DNA of 63,987 nucleotides, the filler included, from Octopus bimaculoides (Eukaryota): NCBI RefSeq assembly GCF_001194135.2. It is 5 parts of 5 records of this genome, joined end to end, with 100 filler letters (N's around TTAATTAATTAA, not from the genome) between each part and the next. Parts side by side here need not be neighbours in the genome. Positions count along the whole stretch, not along the records: positions 51,055 to 61,758 come from NC_068982.1; positions 61,859 to 63,987 come from NC_068981.1; 3 more parts are not named here. One strand, 5' to 3'. A model generated the notes under the pieces. The model worked only from the letters and a program-made list of their open reading frames with translations, was not told where the DNA came from and searched no databases. Position numbers and translations under genes: made by a program. Shown in pieces: positions 52,851 to 63,987 of the stretch (position 1 is the stretch's first letter; each line of letters starts with the position of its first letter).

Positions 52851-53521
52851 GTTATTCTTTTTCTTGTCAATCTTTGTTGACCAGTGTAATGTACACACGT
52901 ACATGCATGCATACATATATACAGACATACGTGTATGATATATGTACACATACACACATACACACACATATAAATATAGATAAATATAGATATATATCTC
53001 TGAGTCTTATACTTACATTCATATACCAAGTAGGTATATGAGTGAGAAAGGCAGTCCCCTGTTTAAGAGGAATTTATTTGTCGCTATAGTTATTCAGGTA
53101 GTTGTGGTGGGTGTGACACAGTTATGGAATACTTTATTTCAAAGTGTCCCACGTTCTAAAAATTTAGGGACAATGACTTTAAATAGGATTTGGAGTTTCA
53201 ATAACGAACGCATAGTGTTCGCCAGAACAGAGAGGGATGGTAATTGAGAAAGAACGACAAAACAACAAAACATTAGCTACTTCAAGACAACATAACCACC
53301 TGCTTACATCACTAGGTTACAACAATAGCCGTGTGAAATATAACAGGGGTATTTGTCACACCTTGTAACGCTCTGTTTGACGTTATAATTGGAAATAATT
53401 TCTTTTAATTGCCATACGTTTTCGGACATTTGAGTCAAATTTCTCATGTGGATATGTCTAAAAGAGTGAGTATGAAGCAGTACCTTTGTTTGAATTAACC
53501 CTCAGTTATACATTTTATTGA

Positions 53522-53577
<56 letters not shown>

Positions 53578-54752
53578 GTCTGTCTGTCTCTCTTGCTCTC
53601 TCTCTCTCCNNNNNNNNNNNNNNNNNNNNNNNNNNNNNNNNNNNNNNNNNNNNNNNNNNNNNNNNNNNNNNNNNNNNNNNNNNNNNNNNNNNNNNNNNNN
53701 NNNNNNNNNNNNNNNNNNNNNNNNNNNNNNNNNNNNNNNNNNNNNNNNNNNNNNNNNNNNNNNNNNNNNNNNNNNNNNNNNNNNNNNNNNNNNNNNNNNN
53801 NNNNNNNNNNNNNNNNNNNNNNNNNNNNNNNNNNNNNNNNNNNNNNNNNNNNNNNNNNNNNNNNNNNNNNNNNNNNNNNNNNNNNNNNNNNNNNNNNNNN
53901 NNNNNNNNNNNNNNNNNNNNNNNNNNNNNNNNNNNNNNNNNNNNNNNNNNNNNNNNNNNNNNNNNNNNNNNNNNNNNNNNNNNNNNNNNNNNNNNNNNNN
54001 NNNNNNNNNNNNNNNNNNNNNNNNNNNNNNNNNNNNNNNNNNNNNNNNNNNNNNNNNNNNNNNNNNNNNNNNNNNNNNNNNNNNNNNNNNNNNNNNNNNN
54101 NNNNNNNNNTAATAACAGAAACAACCACAATAAGCCAAACCTATGCACATTTCAACAGGGTATCCCGGAAAAATAAACCACATCATAAGATGTCTCGTAA
54201 AATATTGTAACAAATTACAACATATTACAAATTTCTGGATACTCCATCTCATCAGGGTCGCATTATTGCCATCACCAATACTATTATTAGCAAAACACAC
54301 ACATCATCCAAGAGGGTGAAAGAATAATCGCCGGCACGCAACCTACCATCGTTATTTTCTAACAGAATGTAAACAAACCAGTCAACCGAAATCCAGCGAC
54401 GTACACCGCCCGGTTTACAGAGGAATCCCTCATGAGCTAATGGGAAGCAAGCTATCTCTTTAACCCGGAGTAATTTGTGGATTCTACTGAGGAGAAACGA
54501 AACCTTATTGGTTAAATTTCGAAATCATATAATAGAGTCATATTAAATTATTTAATTCAGCGATTTTTATCTCACTGGAGAAAGATGTTGTGGTTTACCG
54601 CTCGCAGTCCCTTTGAACATCTCATGAGGTTGGCGATTTTGTGTGGCTAGTCGAGTTATATTTTTAGCTCTTTTTCTAGCTTTTGTAGGTTCTATTTTGG
54701 ACCTTTAACTATACAGACACACACACACGCACACACACACACACACACACAC

Positions 54753-54785
<33 letters not shown>

Positions 54786-55597
54786 TATATATATATATAT
54801 ATANNNNNNNNNNNNNNNNNNNNNNNNNNNNNNNNNNNNNNNNNNNNNNNNNNNNNNNNNNNNNNNNNNNNNNNNNNNNNNNNNNNNNNNNNNNNNNNNN
54901 NNNNNNNNNNNNNNNNNNNNNNNNNNNNNNNNNNNNNNNNNNNNNNNNNNNNNNNNNNNNNNNNNNNNNNNNNNNNNNNNNNNNNNNNNNNNNNNNNNNN
55001 NNNNNNNNNNNNNNNNNNNNNNNNNNNNNNNNNNNNNNNNNNNNNNNNNNNNNNNNNNNNNNNNNNNNNNNNNNNNNNNNNNNNNNNNNNNNNNNNNNNN
55101 NNNNNNNNNNNNNNNNNNNNNNNNNNNNNNNNNNNNNNNNNNNNNNNNNNNNNNNNNNNNNNNNNNNNNNNNNNNNNNNNNNNNNNNNNNNNNNNNNNNN
55201 NNNNNNNNNNNNNNNNNNNNNNNNNNNNNNNNNNNNNNNNNNNNNNNNNNNNNNNNNNNNNNNNNNNNNNNNNNNNNNNNNNNNNNNNNNNNNNNNNNNN
55301 NNNNNNNNNNNNNNNNNNNNNNNNNNNNNNNNNNNNNNNNNNNNNNNNNNNNNNNNNNNNNNNNNNNNNNNNNNNNNNNNNNNNNNNNNNNNNNNNNNNN
55401 NNNNNNNNNNNNNNNNNNNNNNNNNNNNNNNNNNNNNNNNNNNNNNNNNNNNNNNNNNNNNNNNNNNNNNNNNNNNNNNNNNNNNNNNNNNNNNNNNNNN
55501 NNNNNNNNNNNNNNNNNNNNNNNNNNNNNNNNNNNNNNNNNNNNNNNNNNNNNNNNNNNNNNNNNNNNNNNNNNNNATATGTGTGTGTGTGTGTGTA

Positions 55598-55808
55598 TGT
55601 TTGTGTGTCTGTGTTTGTCCCCCCAACATCGCTTGACAACCGATGCTGGTGTGTTTACGTCCCCGTAACTTAGCGGTTCGGCAAAAGAGACCGATAGAAT
55701 AAGTACTAGGCATCCAAAGAATAAGTCCTGGGGTTGATTTGCTCGACTAAAGGTGGTGCTCCAGCATGGCCGCAGTCAAATGACTGAAACAAGTAAAAGA
55801 GTAAAAGA

Positions 55809-55810
<2 letters not shown>
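55598..55810 (+). mobile_element. SINE family A, 3' half
   Basis: Near-consensus match to the 3' halves of 6537 and 49763. Confidence 0.8.
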
Positions 55811-55862
<52 letters not shown>

Positions 55863-55867
55863 ATAAG

Positions 55868-55900
<33 letters not shown>

Positions 55901-56777
55901 CCACACACATATACACACATACACATATATAAACACTGCCAAATAATGACTCCTTAGGTAAGAACGGAAGATGTTTGCTAAATTAAACCCTACTCCACAG
56001 AAAATTTACATAAGCACGTTCAAAAGATAAAAACAAACCCCGTTAAATTGTTAACTTCGTGTACAGTTTAGAAAATAAAGGGTGAATATAGAAAGCAATA
56101 GACCAATAAATAACCAGACAGATAAAACATGCCATGCACCATATCCCTTTGTAAGACTGGTACTTCTTTTTAATGCGCAATTGTCGTCATGTTTCAGTTA
56201 CTCACCACAACAGACCAGTCTACTATCTTCTTAACTTATGGAATAAAATAGATTAAAATTTATTTCAGTGTTGCTCAAATAGTATGGATGTAATGCAATG
56301 AATTTAATGTATTTATTATGTAATAATATCTCAGCAATAATCTGCAAGTAAAATGAAGATGAAACAATTGTAATGTTATACAGTAATGTGTGTTTGCTCA
56401 ATCTAGTCTCTCATGTTTACATGTTTTATATATACATACAAATACACGCGCACGCACACACACATACACACACAAATACACACACATACACACATACAGG
56501 CATACACACATACAGGTATACACACGCATATACATGTACAGCCAGATAGATATGCATGTCATGTATGTATATATGTAGATACTTTTTATATATATGTATA
56601 TGTATATAAATGGGAATAATGCAGAAGTAAGTCTAAGACATTTCAATTTAAGAGAGAATTTAATAAAAATGATTTTTAAAAATTATATAAAGAAAATATT
56701 ACCTGTTTCGATGAATATCATCTTATCAAATATTAGTAAAAATTTATAAAAATCTGAAGTAAAAACAGTTTATTTTC

Positions 56778-56950
56778 TGTCATTTACTGCACCTCCTACC
56801 CTTTCTATTCTTCTTTGTACATCGGTCAAACGCGACGCCGCTTGGCTGACCGGTTCGCAGAGCACCTCCGAGACATCAGACTCGGCAATGACTCTCCAGT
56901 TTCGAGCCATTTCCTCTCTACTGGTCATTCACTGCAGCATCTGTCTGTGT
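56778..56950 (+). repeat. Perfect 173-bp inverted copy of the Penelope GIY-YIG segment
   Basis: Identical to the reverse complement of 57850-58022. Confidence 0.9.
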
Positions 56951-56982
56951 ATTAGTTTGATGCTCGAGAAAATGAAAAAGTC

Positions 56983-58570
56983 TTTTACGTTTCGAGCCTA
57001 GCCAAAATAAACAGAGAGAGAGAGAGAGAATGAAAACATTTTGTAGATTTAGCGGTCCAACATGGCGTATAATTAGAAAAAAGTTTGAAAGAAAGGGAGA
57101 TAATAATAAAAAATGGTGGTTGAAAGAAAGGGAAATAATAAAGTGCTGGAGTTCCCAAATGAAGATGTGCGTGCGTGTGTGTGTATGTGAGAATGGTGTG
57201 TGTTAATATGTAACTGTGTGTGCGAATAGGGGCTAGTGACATTGACGTGTGTGAGTGTGTGCGTCTGTAATGTGTGTGTGCGTGTGTAAATGTGTGCGTT
57301 TGTAACATGTGTGTGTGTTTTGTGTAGCAGTTGAGGTGTGCTTTTTCACGTGGTGTATGTACATGTGTGTGTGTGACTAAGCAGTGTGCATGTGTATGGT
57401 ATATATATAAATATATATATATATATGTGGGCGTAAATTATCTCTGTCTATGTATGTAGCATGTGTTAATGCGTGTTGCGTGTGTATGTATATATAGCCT
57501 GTGTTCAGGTATTATGCGCTTGTGTGTGTGTGGGAGTGTGCACGATGGTGGGTGGTGTGTGTACTGAGTTACACAGTATGTGTGACTGCTCACATGGTAG
57601 TACATGTGGTGACGCTATTGAAGATTGTGTGTGGGTGTGTGGATGATGGGGTGGTGTGGGGGCTGGGAAGTGGTCAGTGCTAGTGTCAGTGTGGAGTGGT
57701 GTAGGGTGGTATCAATGAAGAGAAAAGGTAGGAGTCAGATGAAGAGAGGAGGGGAATTGAGTCCATATGGTGCAAAGGAGCAAAAAGAGATTAATTCTTG
57801 TTCATGGTGTAGGCGGGAGTCCGGATGTCACTGTGCAAAGACAGTCCGAACACAGACAGATGCTGCAGTGAATGACCAGTAGAGAGGAAATGGCTCGAAA
57901 CTGGAGAGTCATTGCCGAGTCTGATGTCTCGGAGGTGCTCTGCGAACCGGTCAGCCAAGCGGCGTCGCGTTTGACCGATGTACAAAGAAGAATAGAAAGG
58001 GTAGGAGGTGCAGTAAATGACATTACTAGAAGTGCAGGTAAAGGAGTCAGTGACGTGATAGGGACGATGATGGGTGCCTGTGAAGGTTATGGTGTCGGAG
58101 AGGTAGGGGCAGGTGTGATAACATGAGCAGGAGTAGGGGAACGAACCTGGTTGGGAGGTGGCGTTAGGGAAGAAACTATGAACCAGGAGGTCATGCAGGT
58201 TATGGGCTCGTTTGAAAGAGGGAAGGGGTAGGTTGGGGAAGATGTGTGAGGTGGCGGGGTCGGACTGGAGTCGCCGGAAGGCTCAGCGAATCGTGCGTAG
58301 GAGGGGTAAGGTGAAGGGGTGGTAGGCTAGGGGAACGGAAAACGGGCAATGGTAGTACGGGTGGGGAGGGGGAGAAAGAGCAGAGGCACGGTCCACAGAA
58401 CGTGCCCTGGCAAGGGCAGTATGGATAGCGGTTAGGGGATATCCACTTAGGATTAAGTGGCAAGCCATGAGTTGAGACTGAGTCTCATAGTCATGTTTGC
58501 CACTGCAGAGCCTGCGCAGACGGAGGAATTGGGAATAAGAGATGGAGAGCTTGGTGTGGGTAGGGTGGGC
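56983..58570 (-). mobile_element. Penelope-like retroelement, 5'-truncated (RT thumb + GIY-YIG endonuclease + 3' region)
   Basis: HPTHTKLSISYSQFLRLRRLCS..SGYP (PLE thumb), FTCTSSNVIY..LYIGQTRRRLADRFAEHLRDI (GIY-YIG), FAPYGLN, a long (GT)-rich 3' region, and a hammerhead relic GCTC-GAAAC-GTA at ~56986-56997. Confidence 0.85.
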
Positions 58571-58892
58571 TATATATATAATATGTAATATATCTATAAT
58601 TGCAGTTAAAGGTAGAAATATAGCGCTCACGTGTGTATCCAATTCCCGTTAACCGTGTAAGTAATGAATATGTTCAATGAAATTTTTAAAATACGTTCAT
58701 AAAAAATACATACAAACCCAGATGCCGACATGCATACACATATACACACAATATACGCACATCCATACATTAATATATTCCTATATTATCATATGTATAT
58801 GTATACACACACACAGCAACAATAAAAATACACATATATGTATACATATCTATATCTGTATCTGGATATATGTATGTGTGTATATATGTATC

Positions 58893-58943
<51 letters not shown>

Positions 58944-59257
58944 ATATACAGGTAGCTAGTAATTAACTTAAAACATTCATTTTCCCATTTTTCTGATACA
59001 TTATAACAAGTAACACTTACCATACCTCAAGTGTGTCTGCCAGTTAACATGTATTTCTCTGGAGACAAATATCTTACTTTTTTTCCTTCGGCAAAGCTCT
59101 CAAACACTCAATAATGATAAACTGTAATTATAAAACTATGACTATAAATAGTTAATTTGTCATTGGTGGTTTCTATGTCACTTTTAAACACTCATACGCA
59201 CAGCCATATATACGAATATATATGTATTTATCTATATCTCTCAGTCTTTCCCTCCCC

Positions 59258-59312
<55 letters not shown>

Positions 59313-59336
59313 TTTTTCTTTCTTTTTTCTTCCTTC

Positions 59337-59419
<83 letters not shown>

Positions 59420-60018
59420 CATATACATGTGTATACATATACATACATATATGTATGTATGTATATATATNNNNNNNNNNNNNNNNNNNNNNNNNNNNNN
59501 NNNNNNNNNNNNNNNNNNNNNNNNNNNNNNNNNNNNNNNNNNNNNNNNNNNNNNNNNNNNNNNNNNNNNNNNNNNNNNNNNNNNNNNNNNNNNNNNNNNN
59601 NNNNNNNNNNNNNNNNNNNNNNNNNNNNNNNNNNNNNNNNNNNNNNNNNNNNNNNNNNNNNNNNNNNNNNNNNNNNNNNNNNNNNNNNNNNNNNNNNNNN
59701 NNNNNNNNNNNNNNNNNNNNNNNNNNNNNNNNNNNNNNNNNNNNNNNNNNNNNNNNNNNNNNNNNNNNNNNNNNNNNNNNNNNNNNNNNNNNNNNNNNNN
59801 NNNNNNNNNNNNNNNNNNNNNNNNNNNNNNNNNNNNNNNNNNNNNNNNNNNNNNNNNNNNNNNNNNNNNNNNAACGTTATCTAATATAGATCTAAAAATG
59901 GCGGATTGAATGGATAACTATAAAAATATGACAATCTACTTGAAGTAGGGCAAAAATTTTCCTTGTTGTTATAATGATAATGATGGTGATGATGATGATA
60001 ACAATATTAATAATAATA

Positions 60019-60049
<31 letters not shown>

Positions 60050-60072
60050 TCATAATAATAATAATAATAATC

Positions 60073-60104
<32 letters not shown>

Positions 60105-60105
60105 C

Positions 60106-60544
60106 TTTTCTACTATAGGCACAGGGCCTGAATTATTCTGGGGGAGGAGGTTAGTCGATCACATCGACCCTAATGTTGTACAGATACTTATTTCCTCAAT
60201 GCCGAAAGGATAAAAAGCAGCGTCAACCTCGGGGGCATTTGAACTCAGAACACAAGGACGGACGAAATACCGCTAAGCATTTAGCCCGGCGTACTAACGA
60301 TTCTGCCAGCTCACTGCCTCCAATAATAATCCTTTCTACAAAAGGTACAAAGCCTGAAATTTGCGGGGAGGGCGTAAGTTGTTTACATCGAACCCAGTGC
60401 GTAACTGGTTCTTATTTAATGGACCCCGAAAGGATGAAAGTCAAAGTCGACCTCGTCAGAATTTGAACACAGAACGTAACCGCAGACGAAATACTGATAA
60501 GCATTGCACCCGGTGTGCTAACGATTTTGCCAGCTCGCCGCCTT
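60106..60544 (-). mobile_element. Two tandem SINE B copies (60106-60319, 60332-60544)
   Basis: Both are colinear with family B and separated by a short (AAT) spacer. Confidence 0.85.
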
Positions 60545-60590
60545 CAATAATAATAATGATAATAATAATAACAACAATAATAATGATCAT

Positions 60591-61291
60591 AACGAAGTCA
60601 AGAAAGCTTCTAACGTTACATGGAGCCCATCATCCACGTTCAGACACTGATCGCCTATTAATGAAGAGGGCAAATGGAGGAAGGGGACTGATAAGTGAGG
60701 AAGGGGACTGATAAGAGTACATTTTGAAGTCGAGAGCTTAATGAGGTACCTTGGAAACCTTGCTGCTGTCAGTTAGGAATGAGGGAGTATTGAAAGCAGA
60801 GAAAATAGGAAAAACAAAGGAAGAAGTACAAAAAGAACATGAAGAAGAATTGCGCAATAAGGGACTACACAATCAATTCCATGTAGCCACAACAGGAATG
60901 ACTGGAAAATATAGGTGAGATTGGCTGAAGAAAGGAACACTGAAAAAAGAAACTGAGAGCACTATACTGGTACCGCAAGACCAAGCTTTGGCCTCGAATT
61001 GGAGGGTCAACCTTAGGGATGAGCAAGTGTCTCCGCTGTGCCACATGTGTAATAGAGTGGATGAAACCATTACCCATATCACGAACGAATGCCCTAGACT
61101 TGCTTAAAACCACTACAAGTTGTGATGACACGATCAGGTAGCGAAAGTATTACATTGGAAACTGCGAAAAGTGGGGGACTAGCAAAATCCTCTGCGAAAA
61201 GTCGGAGACTAGCAAAATCCTCTGGGATTTTCCAATCGAAACAGATCAGGTGCAAAAGCATAACAGACCGGATATAGTGGTGGTCAACGAG
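60591..61291 (+). mobile_element. R4/Dong-like LINE internal/3' fragment, preceded by (TAA)n
   Basis: HGAHHPRSDTDRLLMKRANGGRGLIS, LKKETESTI...QDQAL, CHMCNRVDETITHITNECP, RHDQVAKVLHWKL and NRPDIVVV. Confidence 0.8.
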
Positions 61292-61858
61292 TGCTTGACT
61301 GGTATTTAATTTATTGACTACAAATGGATGCCAGCCAAAATTGGCCCCATTAGATTTTGAACTAAGAATTTAAAGAGCCGGAAAAAATGTTGCTAAGCAT
61401 TTTATCCAATCTCCTAATGATTCAGCAACTTCCGAATTTTTTTAAAAAACTGGTTAAATACAATTCAATTCATTATATTGCAATGCAACTATATCTACGC
61501 ATTTACATGCATACTTTTTAACTGTGTAGTACATTCTAAACCGGTGATGTATTTGAATACAAATTACGAAACAGCTGTTAACGTATGGAATAAATATGTC
61601 AACTTACCACATTTACTGAATTTGATTAATTATTAAATACCCTCCACCGTTGTAACTCCCTGATTTTCAGAAGAACGGTGGCGTTAATTTTACACCCTAA
61701 ACTCAAGAACTGTCTTCTAGACAACTGAACACCCAGCGAAAAGCTGATTCTTTGAGTANNNNNNNNNNNNNNNNNNNNNNNNNNNNNNNNNNNNNNNNNN
61801 NNTTAATTAATTAANNNNNNNNNNNNNNNNNNNNNNNNNNNNNNNNNNNNNNNNNNNN

Positions 61859-61906
<48 letters not shown>

Positions 61907-63525
61907 GAGGATAGAGAAAAGGTGGGATTCGAATGAATAAAGGGAATAAGGACAGAAAAGGATGAGAAAGAGTGGCGCGGTTAGCAAAATGTTGCAATTT
62001 GTGGAATAATGATGGTAATGCTTGCAGTGAACCGAATCTGAGATTCGTATTTTATTCTGAATGGCGTGATTATATTTCACGTATTCTGCATACTTGCAAT
62101 TTCCGGCCGAAACCAATATCTCAGAATAGAATGCTTTCCGCCAAGTTGATTTCTCCCTGATCCTTCACACGAAAAGAAAGTGTTCTATGTTGATCCAACA
62201 ACCATATAAGAGTTAAGGGGAAAATCTAATTTCACATATCTCTCAGAGAAAATTATGTAATGCTGCTCATGTGATGTATATATCAACGGGGCAAATGATT
62301 TAAATCTATTGGATGAGATACCGATACACACATGAATAAACATACAAGATAAAACACGATTTATCGGTCCATACTTGTAAAACAACTGTACACACAGGAG
62401 GTGACACAACAGGATGACATACACCATAACACATGAGACATGTATCGAGATATCACCGAAACTACATATCAAAAGAACAAGTGGGATATACATAGAGCAA
62501 ACAGAATAAATAAATTAAGCACTGAACAGTGAAAATTCAATGGTTGAATTATTTCAAACTTACATCTAGTATGAATTTTTTTTAAACAATAACGGCGGAC
62601 ATTATGATTTTCAAAACAAGATATATATATATNNNNNNNNNNNNNNNNNNNNNNNNNNNNNNNNNNNNNNNNNNNNNNNNNNNNNNNNNNNNNNNNNNNN
62701 NNNNNNNNNNNNNNNNNNNNNNNNNNNNNNNNNNNNNNNNNNNNNNNNNNNNNNNNNNNNNNNNNNNNNNNNNNNNNNNNNNNNNNNNNNNNNNNNNNNN
62801 NNNNNNNNNNNNNNNNNNNNNNNNNNNNNNNNNNNNNNNNNNNNNNNNNNNNNNNNNNNNNNNNNNNNNNNNNNNNNNNNNNNNNNNNNNNNNNNNNNNN
62901 NNNNNNNNNNNNNNNNNNNNNNNNNNNNNNNNNNNNNNNNNNNNNNNNNNNNNNNNNNNNNNNNNNNNNNNNNNNNNNNNNNNNNNNNNNNNNNNNNNNN
63001 NNNNNNNNNNNNNNNNNNNNNNNNNNNNNNNNNNNNNNNNNNNNNNNNNNNNNNNNNNNNNNNNNNNNNNNNNNNNNNNNNNNNNNNNNNNNNNNNNNNN
63101 NNNNNNNNNNNNNNNNNNNNNNNNNNNNNNNNNNNNNNNNNNNNNNNNNNNNNNNNNNNNNNNNNNNNNNNNNNNNNNNNNNNNNNNNNNNNNNNNNNNN
63201 NNNNNNNNNNNNNNNNNNNNNNNNNNNNNNNNNNNNNNNNNNNNNNNNNNNNNNNNNNNNNNNNNNNNNNNNNNNNNNNNNNNNNNNNNNNNNNNNNNNN
63301 NNNNNNNNNNNNNNNNNNNNNNNNNNNNNNNNNNNNNNNNNNNNNNNNNNNNNNNNNNNNNNNNNNNNNNNNNNNNNNNNNNNNNNNNNNNNNNNNNNNN
63401 NNNNNNNNNNNNNNNNNNNNNNNNNNNNNNNNNNNNNNNNNNNNNNNNNNNNNNNNNNNNNNNNNNNNNNNNNNNNNNNNNNNNNNNNNNNNNNNNNNNN
63501 NNNNNNNNNNNNNNNNNNNNNNNNN

Positions 63526-63569
<44 letters not shown>

Positions 63570-63987
63570 GACTATACATAAATATTATGTGATTTGATAC
63601 ACACATACACGCATACACACAGACACAAAAAACACACGTACACGTGCACACGCACACACACATATGTATATACATATGCAACTACATGCATAATACTATC
63701 GCATACACAGTCATAAAATCATACTCAATTCTATATAAGCATGGAAATATCTGTTTAGTGTTTCATGCGCGTTTCCTTCAACGTGTAATATGTGTATGTG
63801 TTAAAGGTAAATCGATAAATATATTTAATTAAATGAACTTACATGGTATACTATTATGTCAGCCATGTGACACATTTCACACAAGAGAATAAAATACCTA
63901 AAATGACGACAAAAAGATAAGTATCGGAACGAAACCTTGAGTAGATACATTCCAGAGGAGAAAAATCAATATATATATATATATATA

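Noticed and set aside
54221-54261. Minus-strand CTGATGA-TGGA/TCCA-GAAAT-TT-GTA hammerhead-like core
   Set aside because: Stem I cannot form (GCGACC versus ATATGT), so the fold is incomplete.
1444-63832. Low-complexity ORFs (poly-HT, YI, CV, MYVC, L, S, N, X) in the ORF track
   Set aside because: They are translations of microsatellites or N gaps.
1-63987. CRISPR arrays, rRNA or bona fide tRNA genes
   Set aside because: None seen. The tRNA-like boxes are SINE heads lacking full cloverleaves.

Overview
Eukaryotic, repeat-dense and gap-rich genomic window. The SINE families, microsatellite load and scaffold style suggest an octopus genome (inference). The only host protein-coding sequence I can support is the large bHLH-coding exon of a Hand gene on the minus strand (4493->3966, ending at a GTAAGT donor). 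Its short conserved last exon is not visible in the window. The ~59 kb upstream is a gene desert filled with tRNA-derived SINEs, decayed LINEs (R4/Dong-like with restriction-like endonuclease, RTE-type, Tx1/L1-type), mariner, Chapaev3-like and hAT-MITE DNA transposons, and a Penelope-like element. The most notable unexplained structures are: (i) three minimal hammerhead-ribozyme folds plus one relic, all with a self-complementary stem III; (ii) several fold-back or inverted duplications; (iii) an RTE insertion with a 5' inversion nested inside a Dong-like LINE; (iv) a unique-sequence island at ~47-48.2 kb with Hox/Pbx/Meis-type motifs, a candidate distal Hand enhancer. Most ORFs in the track are microsatellite or N-gap artefacts. 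TE boundaries are approximate unless TIRs/TSDs are given.
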